Positions 1-9,712 of a DNA stretch of 64,000 bases are shown here, in pieces. Source of the stretch: an uncultured Planctomycetota bacterium (GTDB lineage: Bacteria; Planctomycetota; PLA2; JAEUHO01). The stretch lies in contig CAVVXN010000005.1 in assembly GCA_963752285.1 (NCBI GenBank), positions 512,001-576,000 of the forward strand, read 5' to 3'. A program made the position numbers and the translations under genes. Each line of letters opens with the position of its first letter. The stretch's first letter is position 1. The notes under the pieces were generated by a model. That model had not been told where the DNA came from. It worked only from the letters and a program-made list of their open reading frames with translations, and ran no database searches.

Positions 1-24
1 CTCCTTCAGCGGCGTCTTCGCCAT
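1..24 (-). CDS. 5' fragment of a gene running off the window (MAKTPLKE...), possibly GcvT-like aminomethyltransferase
   Basis: ATG at 24 reading outward, divergent from the next gene; KTPL resembles GcvT N-termini but only 8 codons are visible. Confidence 0.25.
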
Positions 25-144
25 CGAGTGCGGTCCCCAGGGGGCGGGTTCGGACCGCGGCGGACCATACCAGCGGCGGGGGGACACCCCAAACCGTCGC
101 GGGTGGCTCCCGCCCATCGCGTCCGGCCCACCTACAATGCCGCC

Positions 145-687
145 ATGCGGCTCCTGGCCGATCTCGCCCGCGACCTCAGAGCGTGGAACCCCGGCTGGGC
201 GGTCCGCCTGGAAGAGGGTGGGCGTTCGCTCGTCGTGTCCGACGCCACGCGCGAGACGCCCGCGCCGGAGGACCTCCGGTTCGTCTTCTCTGCGGACGGC
301 AAGTCGGTCGTAGTCGAGGACCTGTGGAGGATCCCGGTCCGCCGAGAGCAGGAGCAGGAGGTCCGTCGGCGCCTGGTCCAGTTCGTCGCCGACGGGTTCG
401 AGAACCACGGTTGGGAGGTCCCGATCATGCTGGAGGGCGGCCCTCGGCACGGGCGCCGACTCTCGAAGCCTTGGGAGGACCTCCTCGGGCGACTCGTGCT
501 CGCCCGGCGCGTCGGAGGCGACGGCGGTGAGCCCGAGGCGCACATCTACAAGTGGCATCTCCGCCGGAACGAGGACGGGGAGTACCTCTGTCGGTACGAG
601 CGCACGCTCCGCGGCGCGGCCGTGGACGACTTCATCGCCCGCGGGGTCGAGAGCACCGGCCCCTTCGTCCTCATCCACGCGCCGTGA
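145..687 (+). CDS. hypothetical protein (180 aa)
   Basis: Protein-like composition from ATG 145; TACAAT 6 nt upstream. Confidence 0.65.
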   Translation: MRLLADLARDLRAWNPGWAVRLEEGGRSLVVSDATRETPAPEDLRFVFSADGKSVVVEDLWRIPVRREQEQEVRRRLVQFVADGFENHGWEVPIMLEGGPRHGRRLSKPWEDLLGRLVLARRVGGDGGEPEAHIYKWHLRRNEDGEYLCRYERTLRGAAVDDFIARGVESTGPFVLIHAP

Positions 688-774
688 GGGTCGCCCGTAG
701 CATGGCGCCCGTCCCGCCGCGCCGGCCGGGCCGAGCCGGGCCCCCCGCGGCCGGGTGATCGAGAGCGACGACGC

Positions 775-1806
775 ATGACCACGTGGAACGACCGGGCTCC
801 CCGCGGCCTCCTCGGGATCCTCTCGGCCTCGTTTCGCCTCGGCCGGGCCTTCGACGTGGAGGTCCGCGTCTACGCGCTGACGCTCGTCGTGTTCCCTCTC
901 TTCGCGGCGATCGAGTGGGGACGGGTCGGCTACCACGGGAGCGAGCTCGTCTTCGACGTGGCCGCCATGACGCTCGCCCTCTACCTCGTGGTGTGGACCC
1001 ACGAGATGGGCCACATCCTCGCGGCGCGCCGCTACGGCGTGATCACGCCCGAGATCTCGCTCTCCCCGCTCGGCGGCCTCGCGCACCTCTCGTCGGGCGT
1101 TCCCTCGCCCCGGTCCGACGTCGTGGTCTCGCTGATGGGGCCCGCCACGCACCTCCTGTGGCTCCTCCCGCTCTGGCCGCTCTCCCGGTGGGTCGTGGAC
1201 GCCCACTGGCTTCGTCCCGAGGGGTGGTCGGTGGGCGTGCCCGCGTTCCTCGTCTCGTTCCTGTGGCAGGTGAACATCGGCCTCCTGCTGTTCAACCTGC
1301 TTCCGATCTTCCCGCTCGACGGCGGGCGCGTGCTCCGCGCGGTCCTCTCGATGCGGCTCCAGCCGAACCGCGCGACCCTGTGGGCGACGCGCATCGGGAC
1401 CGTCGGCGGCGCCGGGATGATCGTGTACGGGCTCTTCTTCGAGCAGAGCCTCTTCGCGACGATCCTCGTCGTGATCGGGATCGGCGTGGTCATCTCGTGC
1501 CGGCAGGAGGCGCGCGCGGCTCGGCACCACGTGGGTCCGTACGAGGCGGAGCCGCGCCTGCCGTGGGAGTCCGATCCCGACGCGTGGAAGCGCGCCGCGG
1601 CCGCCGCGCGCCGGCCCTCGGGGTTGGCCCGGTGGCGGGCCGCGCGGCGCGCCCGCGCCGAGGCGCGGCGGTGCGAGGCGGACGCCGCGCTCGCCGAGGC
1701 GGTGGACCGCGTCCTCGACCGGGTGAAGCAGGTCGGGATGGCGGGGCTCAACGCCTCCGAGCGCCGGGTCCTCGAACGCGCCTCGCGACGCCAGCGGGGG
1801 GGATGA
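775..1806 (+). CDS. site-2 protease (peptidase M50) with C-terminal DUF6576-like helical tail
   Basis: HEMGH zinc motif, NLLPIFPLDGGR motif, several TM segments, VDRVLDRVKQVGMAGLNASERRVL tail. Confidence 0.9.
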   Translation: MTTWNDRAPRGLLGILSASFRLGRAFDVEVRVYALTLVVFPLFAAIEWGRVGYHGSELVFDVAAMTLALYLVVWTHEMGHILAARRYGVITPEISLSPLGGLAHLSSGVPSPRSDVVVSLMGPATHLLWLLPLWPLSRWVVDAHWLRPEGWSVGVPAFLVSFLWQVNIGLLLFNLLPIFPLDGGRVLRAVLSMRLQPNRATLWATRIGTVGGAGMIVYGLFFEQSLFATILVVIGIGVVISCRQEARAARHHVGPYEAEPRLPWESDPDAWKRAAAAARRPSGLARWRAARRARAEARRCEADAALAEAVDRVLDRVKQVGMAGLNASERRVLERASRRQRGG

Positions 1807-1849
1807 GCGCGTAGGCGCCGGCCGAGCGCGGGGTCCGGTGGGATGGTCG

Positions 1850-4807
1850 TCAGCCGAGCGCCGCGAGGAGCGCCCACGCGACGAGGCCCGAGACCAGGGA
1901 CCCCGCGAGGTTCACGCCGTCGTTGTCCAGGACCTCCAGCCCGCGCACGCGCTCGGTCGGCCCGTGCCGCGTCCGCCGGTCCTCCGTCTCATGGCCGGTC
2001 ACCACGTCCCGACCACGCCGCTGTAGGGTCGCGCCGAGAACGGAGTCGGCGAACGTGCCGACCGTCCCGGCCGCCGCGGCGAGCGCCACCGTGCGCGCGC
2101 CGCCGCCGAGGAGGAGGACCCATGCGACGGGCCCGAGCGCCGCCCCGAGGACCGATGCGGCGAGGCCGACGACCGACACGGCGCCGCTCGTCCCAGGCGG
2201 CACGCGGCGTCCGGTCCGCACGTCGCGCGGCGTGCCCCCGAGGCGAACGCCGATCTCGGTCGCTGCCGTGTCGGCGCCCAGGAACGAGAACGCGCCGAGC
2301 GCGAGGGCGACGCCCGCCGAGGACGCGCCGGCGAGCGCGAGTCCCGCGCCCGCGGCGGCGACGAGCCCGTTCGCGACGACCTGACGCGCCGTGCGGGCCG
2401 GCGCCCGTTCGCCACCGGGAAGGCGGCCGAGGAGCGTCGCGACCGCGAACGGCAGGAAGAGCGCGACGAGGCCGGGCCCCGCGAACGCGACCCACGTGAG
2501 CGCCCCGAGCCCGAACGCGGCCGACGACGCCCGCGGCGTGAGCCAGGCGAGCGGCCGGACCGCGACGACCGCGAAGACGAGGAGGAGCGCGAGGCCGATC
2601 GCGAGCTCCAAGGCGGCCAAGGGCGGGGGCGGCGGCATGGCGGCGGGCGGATCGTATCCGGGCGGTTGCGCCGCCCACGGCGTGGAGAGAACCGACCCCG
2701 AGGGAAGGACGTCCACGACGACCGTGCCCTCCTCCTCGGGGCCGGAACGACCCGCGGAGAGGTCGAGGACCTCGCCCCCGGCGAGGGGCGGCGCCCGCCG
2801 CCGCACGCGTGCGAGGCGCACGTCCTCGGCGGCCGCGCTCGCCGGGAGGATGACGCGCGGTCCACCGGCCGTCTCGAGGAGCACGACCAGGGCGGGCGCC
2901 TCGGCGCTGCCGGTCCGGGCGGGGTCCTCCCGCGCGAGCACGAGAAGCGCCCCCCAGGCCCCCCCGAGGAGCACCTCGCCTTCCGTCGCGTGGCGCACGA
3001 CCGTGGCCGCCGGCGCGGCGAGCGGCGTCGAGGGGACGCCCTCGGGGAGCGCGGCCTGACCGACCGGTACCGCCTCCAGGAGGTCGGCCGCGCCCGCGAC
3101 CTCGCCCGCGCCCGTGACGACCAGGAGGTCCAGCCGGTCGATGCCCAGGGCGCCGAGCGCGGGGACGACCACGCGGCGCACGGCGCCCGGGTCGCCCGCC
3201 GCCCCGGTGTCCACCAGCGCCCGGCGGCCGTCGGGAAGGAGCAGGAGGGTCGCGTGGCCCGCGCCCACGTCGAGCAGGAGCAGCCGCGGGAACGCGGGCG
3301 GCGGGCGCGCGGGCGGCGCGAGCGCGAGGAGGACCAGCGCGATCGAGAGACCGAGGCCTCGCCTCGCCTCGCGCGGGGTCCCGCGGGCGAGGGCCAGGAG
3401 GGCGATGCCGTATCCGGCGTACCAGACGGCGCCCGGCGGCGCCGTCGGCGCGCCGCCGAGCCCTCCGTCGATGGCGCGGTCGAGGACGAACCGGAGGGAG
3501 GCGGCCGTTTTGCCGAAGGCCGCCGCCGCGCCCGCGCCCAGGAACGGCAGCGGCGCCAGGAGGATCGTCAGCGCCCCGGTCGCGAGGAGCACCGCGGCGA
3601 GCATCACCGTCACGACCGAGAGCGGCGCGCCGAAGGGCGCCACGACCGCGCCGCGGGCGAGGAGCACGGGCACCGTCCCGAGCCACGCCGCGCCCGCCAC
3701 GGCGAGCGAGCGTCGGAACGGCGCGCGCGGCGGGTCCACGATGCCCGGCACCACCGGGATCTGGGGGAGCAGCAGGCGCGTCAGCGGCGCGGAGAGCCAG
3801 AGGATGCCCAGGACGGCCGCGAACGAGAGCACGAGCGCCGGGTCGTCGATCCCCTCCGGGTCGAGGGCCAGGACCACGAGCGCCACGCCGCCGAGGAGGG
3901 CCGCGCCCGTCGCGTCGCGCCGCGCGAGGCGTCCGAGGAAGAGGAGGCAGGCCGCGCCGCCGGCGCGCACGGCCGACGGCGGCGCGCCCGCGAGGGGCAC
4001 GTAGACGACGACCAGGACGAGCCCCGCGAGGGCCACGGTCCGCCGGCCGCCGCCGGCGAGCCGCACGAGACCGAGGAGGCCCGCGAGCAGGAGGCCCACG
4101 TGCAGACCCGAGACCGCGAGGAGGTGGCCCTGGCCCGTGAGCCGGAACCGCCGGCGCTCGGGGGGCCGGAGCGCGCTGCGGTCGCCGAGGAGGAGCGCGC
4201 GGGCGAGTCCCGCGTCCTCGCCTCCGAGCCGGCGGTCGAACATGCGCGCGAGGGCCGCGCGGAGGCCCGCGACCCACGCGAGGGGACCGTCCGCGTGCCG
4301 GACCACCTCGACGCGCGCGCCCACGGCGAGGAGCGCGGGACCGCGGCGCCACCGCGCGGCGCCCGGCCCCCTCGGGAGCCGGCGCGCCTCGAGCCTGGGC
4401 GCTCCGCGGACCCGGTCACCCGGGAGCAGCGCGGGGCCCGCGCGGGGCGGGAGGAACCACGCCACGTCGAGCGGTCGGGGCGTCGGACGTTCCCCGACCC
4501 GGTCGAGCCGGACCGTCGCCCGCTGGCCGAACGCGGCCGGGGGGGCCACGTCGAGCACGCGGCCCTCGACCTCGTGGACCGCGGGCAGCCGGAGGTCCGG
4601 GAGGACCTCGGCGGCGGCGCGGGCGCGCGTTCCCAGGCCGAGGAGCAAGCCCGCCGCAGCGCCGGCGAGGAACGCGCGGGACCGGCGCGGGGCCAGGCGG
4701 GCCGCGACGAGCGGCGCGAGCAGGAAGGGGGCCGGCGTGAGCCCCGCGAGGACGAGGCCCGAGGCCAGCCCCACGGCGGCGAGCGCGGAGGGCGCGGGGC
4801 GGTGCAC
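1850..4807 (-). CDS. comEC: ComEC/Rec2 competence protein fused in frame to a DUF92/TMEM19 membrane domain
   Basis: GHLLAVSGLHVG competence motif, LDVGAG..VDTG MBL-like start, C-terminal RQVVANG/ADTAATEIG/GTSGAVS/DSVLGATLQ/DNDGVN; GTG 4807 with AAGGAG upstream. Confidence 0.8.
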   Translation of the reverse strand: MHRPAPSALAAVGLASGLVLAGLTPAPFLLAPLVAARLAPRRSRAFLAGAAAGLLLGLGTRARAAAEVLPDLRLPAVHEVEGRVLDVAPPAAFGQRATVRLDRVGERPTPRPLDVAWFLPPRAGPALLPGDRVRGAPRLEARRLPRGPGAARWRRGPALLAVGARVEVVRHADGPLAWVAGLRAALARMFDRRLGGEDAGLARALLLGDRSALRPPERRRFRLTGQGHLLAVSGLHVGLLLAGLLGLVRLAGGGRRTVALAGLVLVVVYVPLAGAPPSAVRAGGAACLLFLGRLARRDATGAALLGGVALVVLALDPEGIDDPALVLSFAAVLGILWLSAPLTRLLLPQIPVVPGIVDPPRAPFRRSLAVAGAAWLGTVPVLLARGAVVAPFGAPLSVVTVMLAAVLLATGALTILLAPLPFLGAGAAAAFGKTAASLRFVLDRAIDGGLGGAPTAPPGAVWYAGYGIALLALARGTPREARRGLGLSIALVLLALAPPARPPPAFPRLLLLDVGAGHATLLLLPDGRRALVDTGAAGDPGAVRRVVVPALGALGIDRLDLLVVTGAGEVAGAADLLEAVPVGQAALPEGVPSTPLAAPAATVVRHATEGEVLLGGAWGALLVLAREDPARTGSAEAPALVVLLETAGGPRVILPASAAAEDVRLARVRRRAPPLAGGEVLDLSAGRSGPEEEGTVVVDVLPSGSVLSTPWAAQPPGYDPPAAMPPPPPLAALELAIGLALLLVFAVVAVRPLAWLTPRASSAAFGLGALTWVAFAGPGLVALFLPFAVATLLGRLPGGERAPARTARQVVANGLVAAAGAGLALAGASSAGVALALGAFSFLGADTAATEIGVRLGGTPRDVRTGRRVPPGTSGAVSVVGLAASVLGAALGPVAWVLLLGGGARTVALAAAAGTVGTFADSVLGATLQRRGRDVVTGHETEDRRTRHGPTERVRGLEVLDNDGVNLAGSLVSGLVAWALLAALG

Positions 4808-4867
4808 CCACTCCTTCGCACGAGCCCCGGACGCGGTCACGGCGCAGGGGGTCGTATCCTCCGGCCC

Positions 4868-5896
4868 ATGACCCGGGCCCCGCACGAGATCGGCAGGGAG
4901 GTGATCCGCCGCGAGCGCGAGGCGCTCGACCGCCTGGCGGAGGGGCTCGGCGAGGCGTTCGACCGCGCGGTCGAGGTGGTCCTGGAACGCGTGACGGCCG
5001 GGGGGCGCGTGATCGTGTGCGGGATCGGGAAGTCGGGGCAGATCGGGCGGAAGATCTCGAGCACGCTCGTCTCGACCGGCGTGCACAGCCGCTTCCTCCA
5101 CCCGGCGGAGGGCTTCCACGGCGACATCGGGATGGTCACGTCGAGGGACGTGGTGCTGGCCGTCAGCAACTCCGGCCGCGCACAGGAGGTGATGGACCTG
5201 ATCCCGGTGATCAAGGAGCTCGGCGCGTACGTCGTGGCGATCACCTCGTCGCCGGCCAACCCGCTCGCGCGCGCCGCCGACCTCGTTCTCTCGTTCGGCG
5301 ACGTCCGCGAGGCGGATCCGCTCGCGCTCGTGCCGACGGTCTCCGCCGCGGTCACGCTGGCGCTCGGCGACGCCCTGACGGTCGCATTGATGGAGGCCCG
5401 GCTGGAGCGGGGCGAGTTCGACCCCGACGCGTACCGCGTATTCCACGCTGGCGGGGCGATCGGAAAGAAGCTCCGGACGCGCGTGATCGACCTCCTGCGC
5501 GGCCCGCACACGAATCCGCGCGTGCGCGAGGACGCTACGTTCTCCGAGGCGCTCGAGGAGGTGACGGGCAAGACCCTCGGCGGCGTGAACGTCGTGGACG
5601 CCGACGGGCGTCTCGTCGGCATCCTCACCGACGGCGACATCCGGCGGCACCTGCAAGGCGCCCGCGGATCGGCCGAGGCGCTGCTCGGGCGGTCCGTGCG
5701 CGAGCTGATGACCGCGCGGCCGACGGTCGTGCATCCCGAGGACCGGGCCATCGAGGCCCTGCGCCTGATGGAGTCGCACCGCCCCCGTCCCATCTTCCTG
5801 CTTCCCGTGACCGACCACGAGGGCCGCGCCGTCGGCATGATCCACCTGCACACGCTCGTGCAGGCGGGCCTCGCGGAGGACCGCACGGAAGAGTGA
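4868..5896 (+). CDS. kdsD: arabinose-5-phosphate isomerase KdsD/GutQ (SIS + CBS)
   Basis: GIGKSG, HPAEGFHGDIG, FHAGGAIG motifs, CBS pair. Confidence 0.92.
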   Translation: MTRAPHEIGREVIRREREALDRLAEGLGEAFDRAVEVVLERVTAGGRVIVCGIGKSGQIGRKISSTLVSTGVHSRFLHPAEGFHGDIGMVTSRDVVLAVSNSGRAQEVMDLIPVIKELGAYVVAITSSPANPLARAADLVLSFGDVREADPLALVPTVSAAVTLALGDALTVALMEARLERGEFDPDAYRVFHAGGAIGKKLRTRVIDLLRGPHTNPRVREDATFSEALEEVTGKTLGGVNVVDADGRLVGILTDGDIRRHLQGARGSAEALLGRSVRELMTARPTVVHPEDRAIEALRLMESHRPRPIFLLPVTDHEGRAVGMIHLHTLVQAGLAEDRTEE

Positions 5897-5928
5897 CGGC
5901 GCCGGCCGGGGCGACGGGAGGGGTGGCG

Positions 5929-7335
5929 ATGCGGCTCGAGCCGACGATGTTCCGCGAGTACGACCTCCGAGGGCGCGTGCCGGAGGTCTTCCCCGACGCC
6001 GAGCGGGAGCTCTCCGACGAGGGCATGGAACTCCTCGGCGCCGCGTTCGGGACGCTCGCCGGACGCCGCGGCCACGCGCGGGTCGTGGTCGGGCACGACC
6101 TCCGCACGTACAGCCCGCGTCTCGCGGCCTGCTTCGTCGAGGGCGTGCGGTCGTCCGGCCGCGACGTCCTCGACGTCGGGTGCGTCCTCTCGCCGATGCT
6201 CTACTTCGCCCAGGTGCACACGAAGACGGCCGCCGGGGCGATGATCACCGCGAGCCACAACCCGCAGGGGTGGAGCGGGCTCAAGATGTCGCTCGAGCCC
6301 GTGAAGACGCTGCTCCGCCCCGACATCGAGGCGCTGCAGCGCCTCTGCGACGAGGCCGACCTCGACCGCGGCCGCGGCACCGTCGAACGGCTCGACCTGA
6401 GGGAGGCCTACGTCGAGGACCTCGTGTCGCGGGTGGACCTCGCGCGGCCGATCCGGGTCGTCCTCGACCCCGGGAACGGCACGGCGGCGCTCGTGTGCGA
6501 GGAGGTGTTCCGCCGCGCCGGCGCCGACGTGGTGCCGCTCTTCTGCGACCCCGATCCGACGTTTCCGAACCACTTCCCGAACCCGAGCGACGGCAAGGCC
6601 CGCGAGGCGATCCGCCGGGCCGTGGTCGAGCAGGGCGCGGACCTCGGCCTCTCGTTCGACGGCGACGGGGACCGTCTCGGCGTGCAGGACGAGTCGGGGG
6701 CCGACGTCCTCGCGGACCGCGTGCTCCTCCTGCTCGCGCGTCCCGTGCTCGCCCGCCACCCCGGCGCGGCGGTCGTGTTCGACGTGAAGTGCAGCCAGGC
6801 GCTCGTCGAGGACGTGGAGCGACACGGCGGGCGCCCGGTCATGTGGAAGACGGGGCATTCCTGGATCAAGTCGAAGGCGGCCGAGGAGGACGCGCCGATC
6901 GCCGGCGAGCGGAGCGGCCACTTCTTCGTCCGGGACGGGTTCCACGGCTACGACGACGCGCTCTTCGCGGGGCTTCGCGTCGTCGAGCTCGTCGCGTCGC
7001 AGCCTGGCTCTCTCGGCGACCTGGTCCGCTCCGCGCCCGTGTGGGTGACGAGCCCCGAGATCCAGGTGGACTGCCCCGACGACGTGAAGTACGGGGTCGT
7101 GGATCGCCTCGTGCGGGAGCTGGTCGCCGAGTTCGGCGATCGCGTGATCACGATCAACGGGGCGCGCGTGCGGTTCGACGACGGCTGGGGACTCGTCCGG
7201 GCGTCGTCGAACCTGCCGGAGCTCGTCCTGGTCTTCGAAGGGCGGACCCAGGAGGCGATGGCGCGGATCCAGGACCTGTTCCGCGCGCGTCTCGCGCGCC
7301 ACCCGGAGATCGGGGCCACGTGGCACAACGCCTGA
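5929..7335 (+). CDS. phosphomannomutase/phosphoglucomutase
   Basis: FREYDLRG, TASHNP, FDGDGDR, GERSGH motifs. Confidence 0.93.
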   Translation: MRLEPTMFREYDLRGRVPEVFPDAERELSDEGMELLGAAFGTLAGRRGHARVVVGHDLRTYSPRLAACFVEGVRSSGRDVLDVGCVLSPMLYFAQVHTKTAAGAMITASHNPQGWSGLKMSLEPVKTLLRPDIEALQRLCDEADLDRGRGTVERLDLREAYVEDLVSRVDLARPIRVVLDPGNGTAALVCEEVFRRAGADVVPLFCDPDPTFPNHFPNPSDGKAREAIRRAVVEQGADLGLSFDGDGDRLGVQDESGADVLADRVLLLLARPVLARHPGAAVVFDVKCSQALVEDVERHGGRPVMWKTGHSWIKSKAAEEDAPIAGERSGHFFVRDGFHGYDDALFAGLRVVELVASQPGSLGDLVRSAPVWVTSPEIQVDCPDDVKYGVVDRLVRELVAEFGDRVITINGARVRFDDGWGLVRASSNLPELVLVFEGRTQEAMARIQDLFRARLARHPEIGATWHNA

Positions 7336-9704
7336 CCCTGGGGCGTGCCGCGGCGCGCGTCGTCGCGCGCGGCGCCGCCCCCGCGATCGGCGCGGCGTCT
7401 CGCCGCGGCGTCCTCCCCGCGCGGGGCACGCTGCGCGTCCCGGGTCTCGCCGCGAAGGTCACCGTGCGACTCGACGCGCACGGGGTGCCCCAGGTCCGGG
7501 CCCGGACCGACGAGGACGCCCTCTTCGCGCAGGGCTTCCTCCACGCGCGCGACCGGTTCTTCCAGATGGACATGCTGCGCCGCGTGCTCCGGGGCCGGCT
7601 CGCGGAGACGGTGGGGGAGCGGCGCCTCGGCGACCGGAGCGTCCCGCCGTTCGGCGCGCAGAGCACGACGGTGGACGCCGACCGGCTCGTGCGCGCCTTC
7701 GACCTCGTGCGCGCGGCGCGGCGGTATCTCGCCGAGGCGCCCGCCGAGGGCCGCCTCCTGCTCGACGCGTACGTGCGCGGCGTCAACCGCGCGCTCGTGC
7801 TACTGCGGTCGCGACGTCCGCTCGAACACCGGCTGCTCCGTCTCGCCCTCCTCGACTGGACGCCCGTGGACTCGCTGCTCGTCGCCAAGGGGATGGCGCT
7901 CGGACTCTCGTTCAAGTGGCGCACCGCGCCGGTGTTCGGGGCGATGGCCGAGCACCTCGCCGGCCGGCGCACGCTCCTCGACGCGATCCTCCCGCGTCCG
8001 CCGGGCCCGGGCGCGGCCGGTCTCGCCCGGCTCGTGGACCGGGGCGTCGAGCAGGCGCTCGTCTTCCTCCCGGCGCCCCTCCCGCTCCGGGGCAGCAACG
8101 CGTTCCTCGTGGGCGCGGGGCGGAGTCGGAGCGGGATGCCCCTCCTCGCGAGCGACCCGCACCTCGAGCTCTCCCTCCCCTCCATCTGGTACCTCGCGAG
8201 CGTGTCGGGCGCGCGCTACCAGGCGGTCGGCGCGACGCTCCCGGGCCTCCCCGGCGTGGTGATCGGACGGACGCGCGGGTTCGCGTGGGGGGTCACGAAC
8301 GGCATGATCGACGACGCCGACCTGTGGCTCGAGGAGATCGACGGCACGGGTACGCGATACCGCGTGGACGGCGCGTGGCGTCCGCTCGCCCGGGAGACGC
8401 ACGAGATCCGCCGGCGGGGGAAGGCCCCGGTGCTGTTCCGCCTCCGTCGCACGCACCGGGGACCCGTGTTCACGGACGCGTTCCCGGCGTATGCCGGCGC
8501 GCCGATGTCCCTCCGCATGAGCCTCCACGAGCCGGGCGCCGAGCTCGAGGCGTTCCTGGGCCTCGGACGCGCCGGCGACGACGGGCGAGCGGCGGTCATC
8601 GCCGTCCGGGGCTACGGCGCGCCGGTCCAGAACCTCGTGTGGGCCGACGCGCGCGGGCGCGCCGGGTACGTGCTGATGGGCCGGGTGCCGGACCGCGCGG
8701 CGCACCCCGTGCACCCCGCGCTCCCCCGCGACGGCACCACGACCGCCTACGACTGGCGGGGATGGGTGCCGCGCGAGGCGACGCCCGACCTCGAGATCGG
8801 GGCGGACGCGACGTTCGCAACCGCGAACGACCCGCAGGTGGAAGACGGCGCGGGGCCGTACCTGAGCCACCTCTACGAGCCGCCGTACCGCGCCGCGCGC
8901 ATCCGGGAGCTGCTCGCGCCTCTTCGCGACGCGACCATCGACGACCTCGCCCGGATCCAGCTCGACGCGACGAACGGCGCCACGGCGTGGTTCCGCGACC
9001 TCGTTCTCGTGCCGCACGCGGAGGAGGTCCGGCGTTCGCGGCCCACGCTCGGTCGCGCGATCGACCGGCTCCTCTCGTGGGACGGTCGCGAGCACCCCGG
9101 CGACCCGGGTCCCGCGCTCTGGCACCTCGCGTACCACCACCTGATCCGCCGCACGTTCGGGGCCGCGCTCGGCCCGGAGCTCCTCGAGGCGTGGCTCGGT
9201 CTCGTGAACCTCGTGGACGCGGCGCTCCGCCGCGCGTTCGAGGACCCACGGAGCCCCTGGGCGCCGCCCGGCGCGCGCGCCGCGCTGCTGCAGCGCGCGC
9301 TCGACGACGCCGTCCTCGACCTCGAGGCGCGCGGTCTCGGCGTGGACGCGGCCTGGGGACGCGTTCACACCCTGACGCTCCGACATCCCGCCGGGGGCGC
9401 ACCGCTCGTGGGCCGCGTGTTCGACCGCGGGCCGATCCCGCTCCGGGGCGGCCCGTTCGCCGTCGCGAGCGGACAGTACGTGCACACGCGTCCCGCGCGC
9501 GTCGTGACCGGCGCGTCGTACCGGCACGTCGTGGACCTCGCCGACCCCGAACGGCGCTCACGGATGGTGACGCTCGGCGGGCAGTCGGGCCACGTCGGAT
9601 CGCCGCACTACGACGACCTCACGCCGCTGTGGCTCGAGGGCGCGGGCGTCCCGATGCGCCTCGACCCCTTCGAGACGAAGGACGTCCTCGTCCTCTCCCC
9701 GTAG
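7320..9704 (+). CDS. penicillin acylase family protein (peptidase S45, Ntn hydrolase)
   Basis: AQGFLHARDRFFQMD, GSNAF nucleophile, ASDPHL, GGQSGH..SPHY; start inferred (GTG). Confidence 0.9.
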   Translation: MAQRLTLGRAAARVVARGAAPAIGAASRRGVLPARGTLRVPGLAAKVTVRLDAHGVPQVRARTDEDALFAQGFLHARDRFFQMDMLRRVLRGRLAETVGERRLGDRSVPPFGAQSTTVDADRLVRAFDLVRAARRYLAEAPAEGRLLLDAYVRGVNRALVLLRSRRPLEHRLLRLALLDWTPVDSLLVAKGMALGLSFKWRTAPVFGAMAEHLAGRRTLLDAILPRPPGPGAAGLARLVDRGVEQALVFLPAPLPLRGSNAFLVGAGRSRSGMPLLASDPHLELSLPSIWYLASVSGARYQAVGATLPGLPGVVIGRTRGFAWGVTNGMIDDADLWLEEIDGTGTRYRVDGAWRPLARETHEIRRRGKAPVLFRLRRTHRGPVFTDAFPAYAGAPMSLRMSLHEPGAELEAFLGLGRAGDDGRAAVIAVRGYGAPVQNLVWADARGRAGYVLMGRVPDRAAHPVHPALPRDGTTTAYDWRGWVPREATPDLEIGADATFATANDPQVEDGAGPYLSHLYEPPYRAARIRELLAPLRDATIDDLARIQLDATNGATAWFRDLVLVPHAEEVRRSRPTLGRAIDRLLSWDGREHPGDPGPALWHLAYHHLIRRTFGAALGPELLEAWLGLVNLVDAALRRAFEDPRSPWAPPGARAALLQRALDDAVLDLEARGLGVDAAWGRVHTLTLRHPAGGAPLVGRVFDRGPIPLRGGPFAVASGQYVHTRPARVVTGASYRHVVDLADPERRSRMVTLGGQSGHVGSPHYDDLTPLWLEGAGVPMRLDPFETKDVLVLSP

Positions 9705-9712
9705 CGCCTTCG

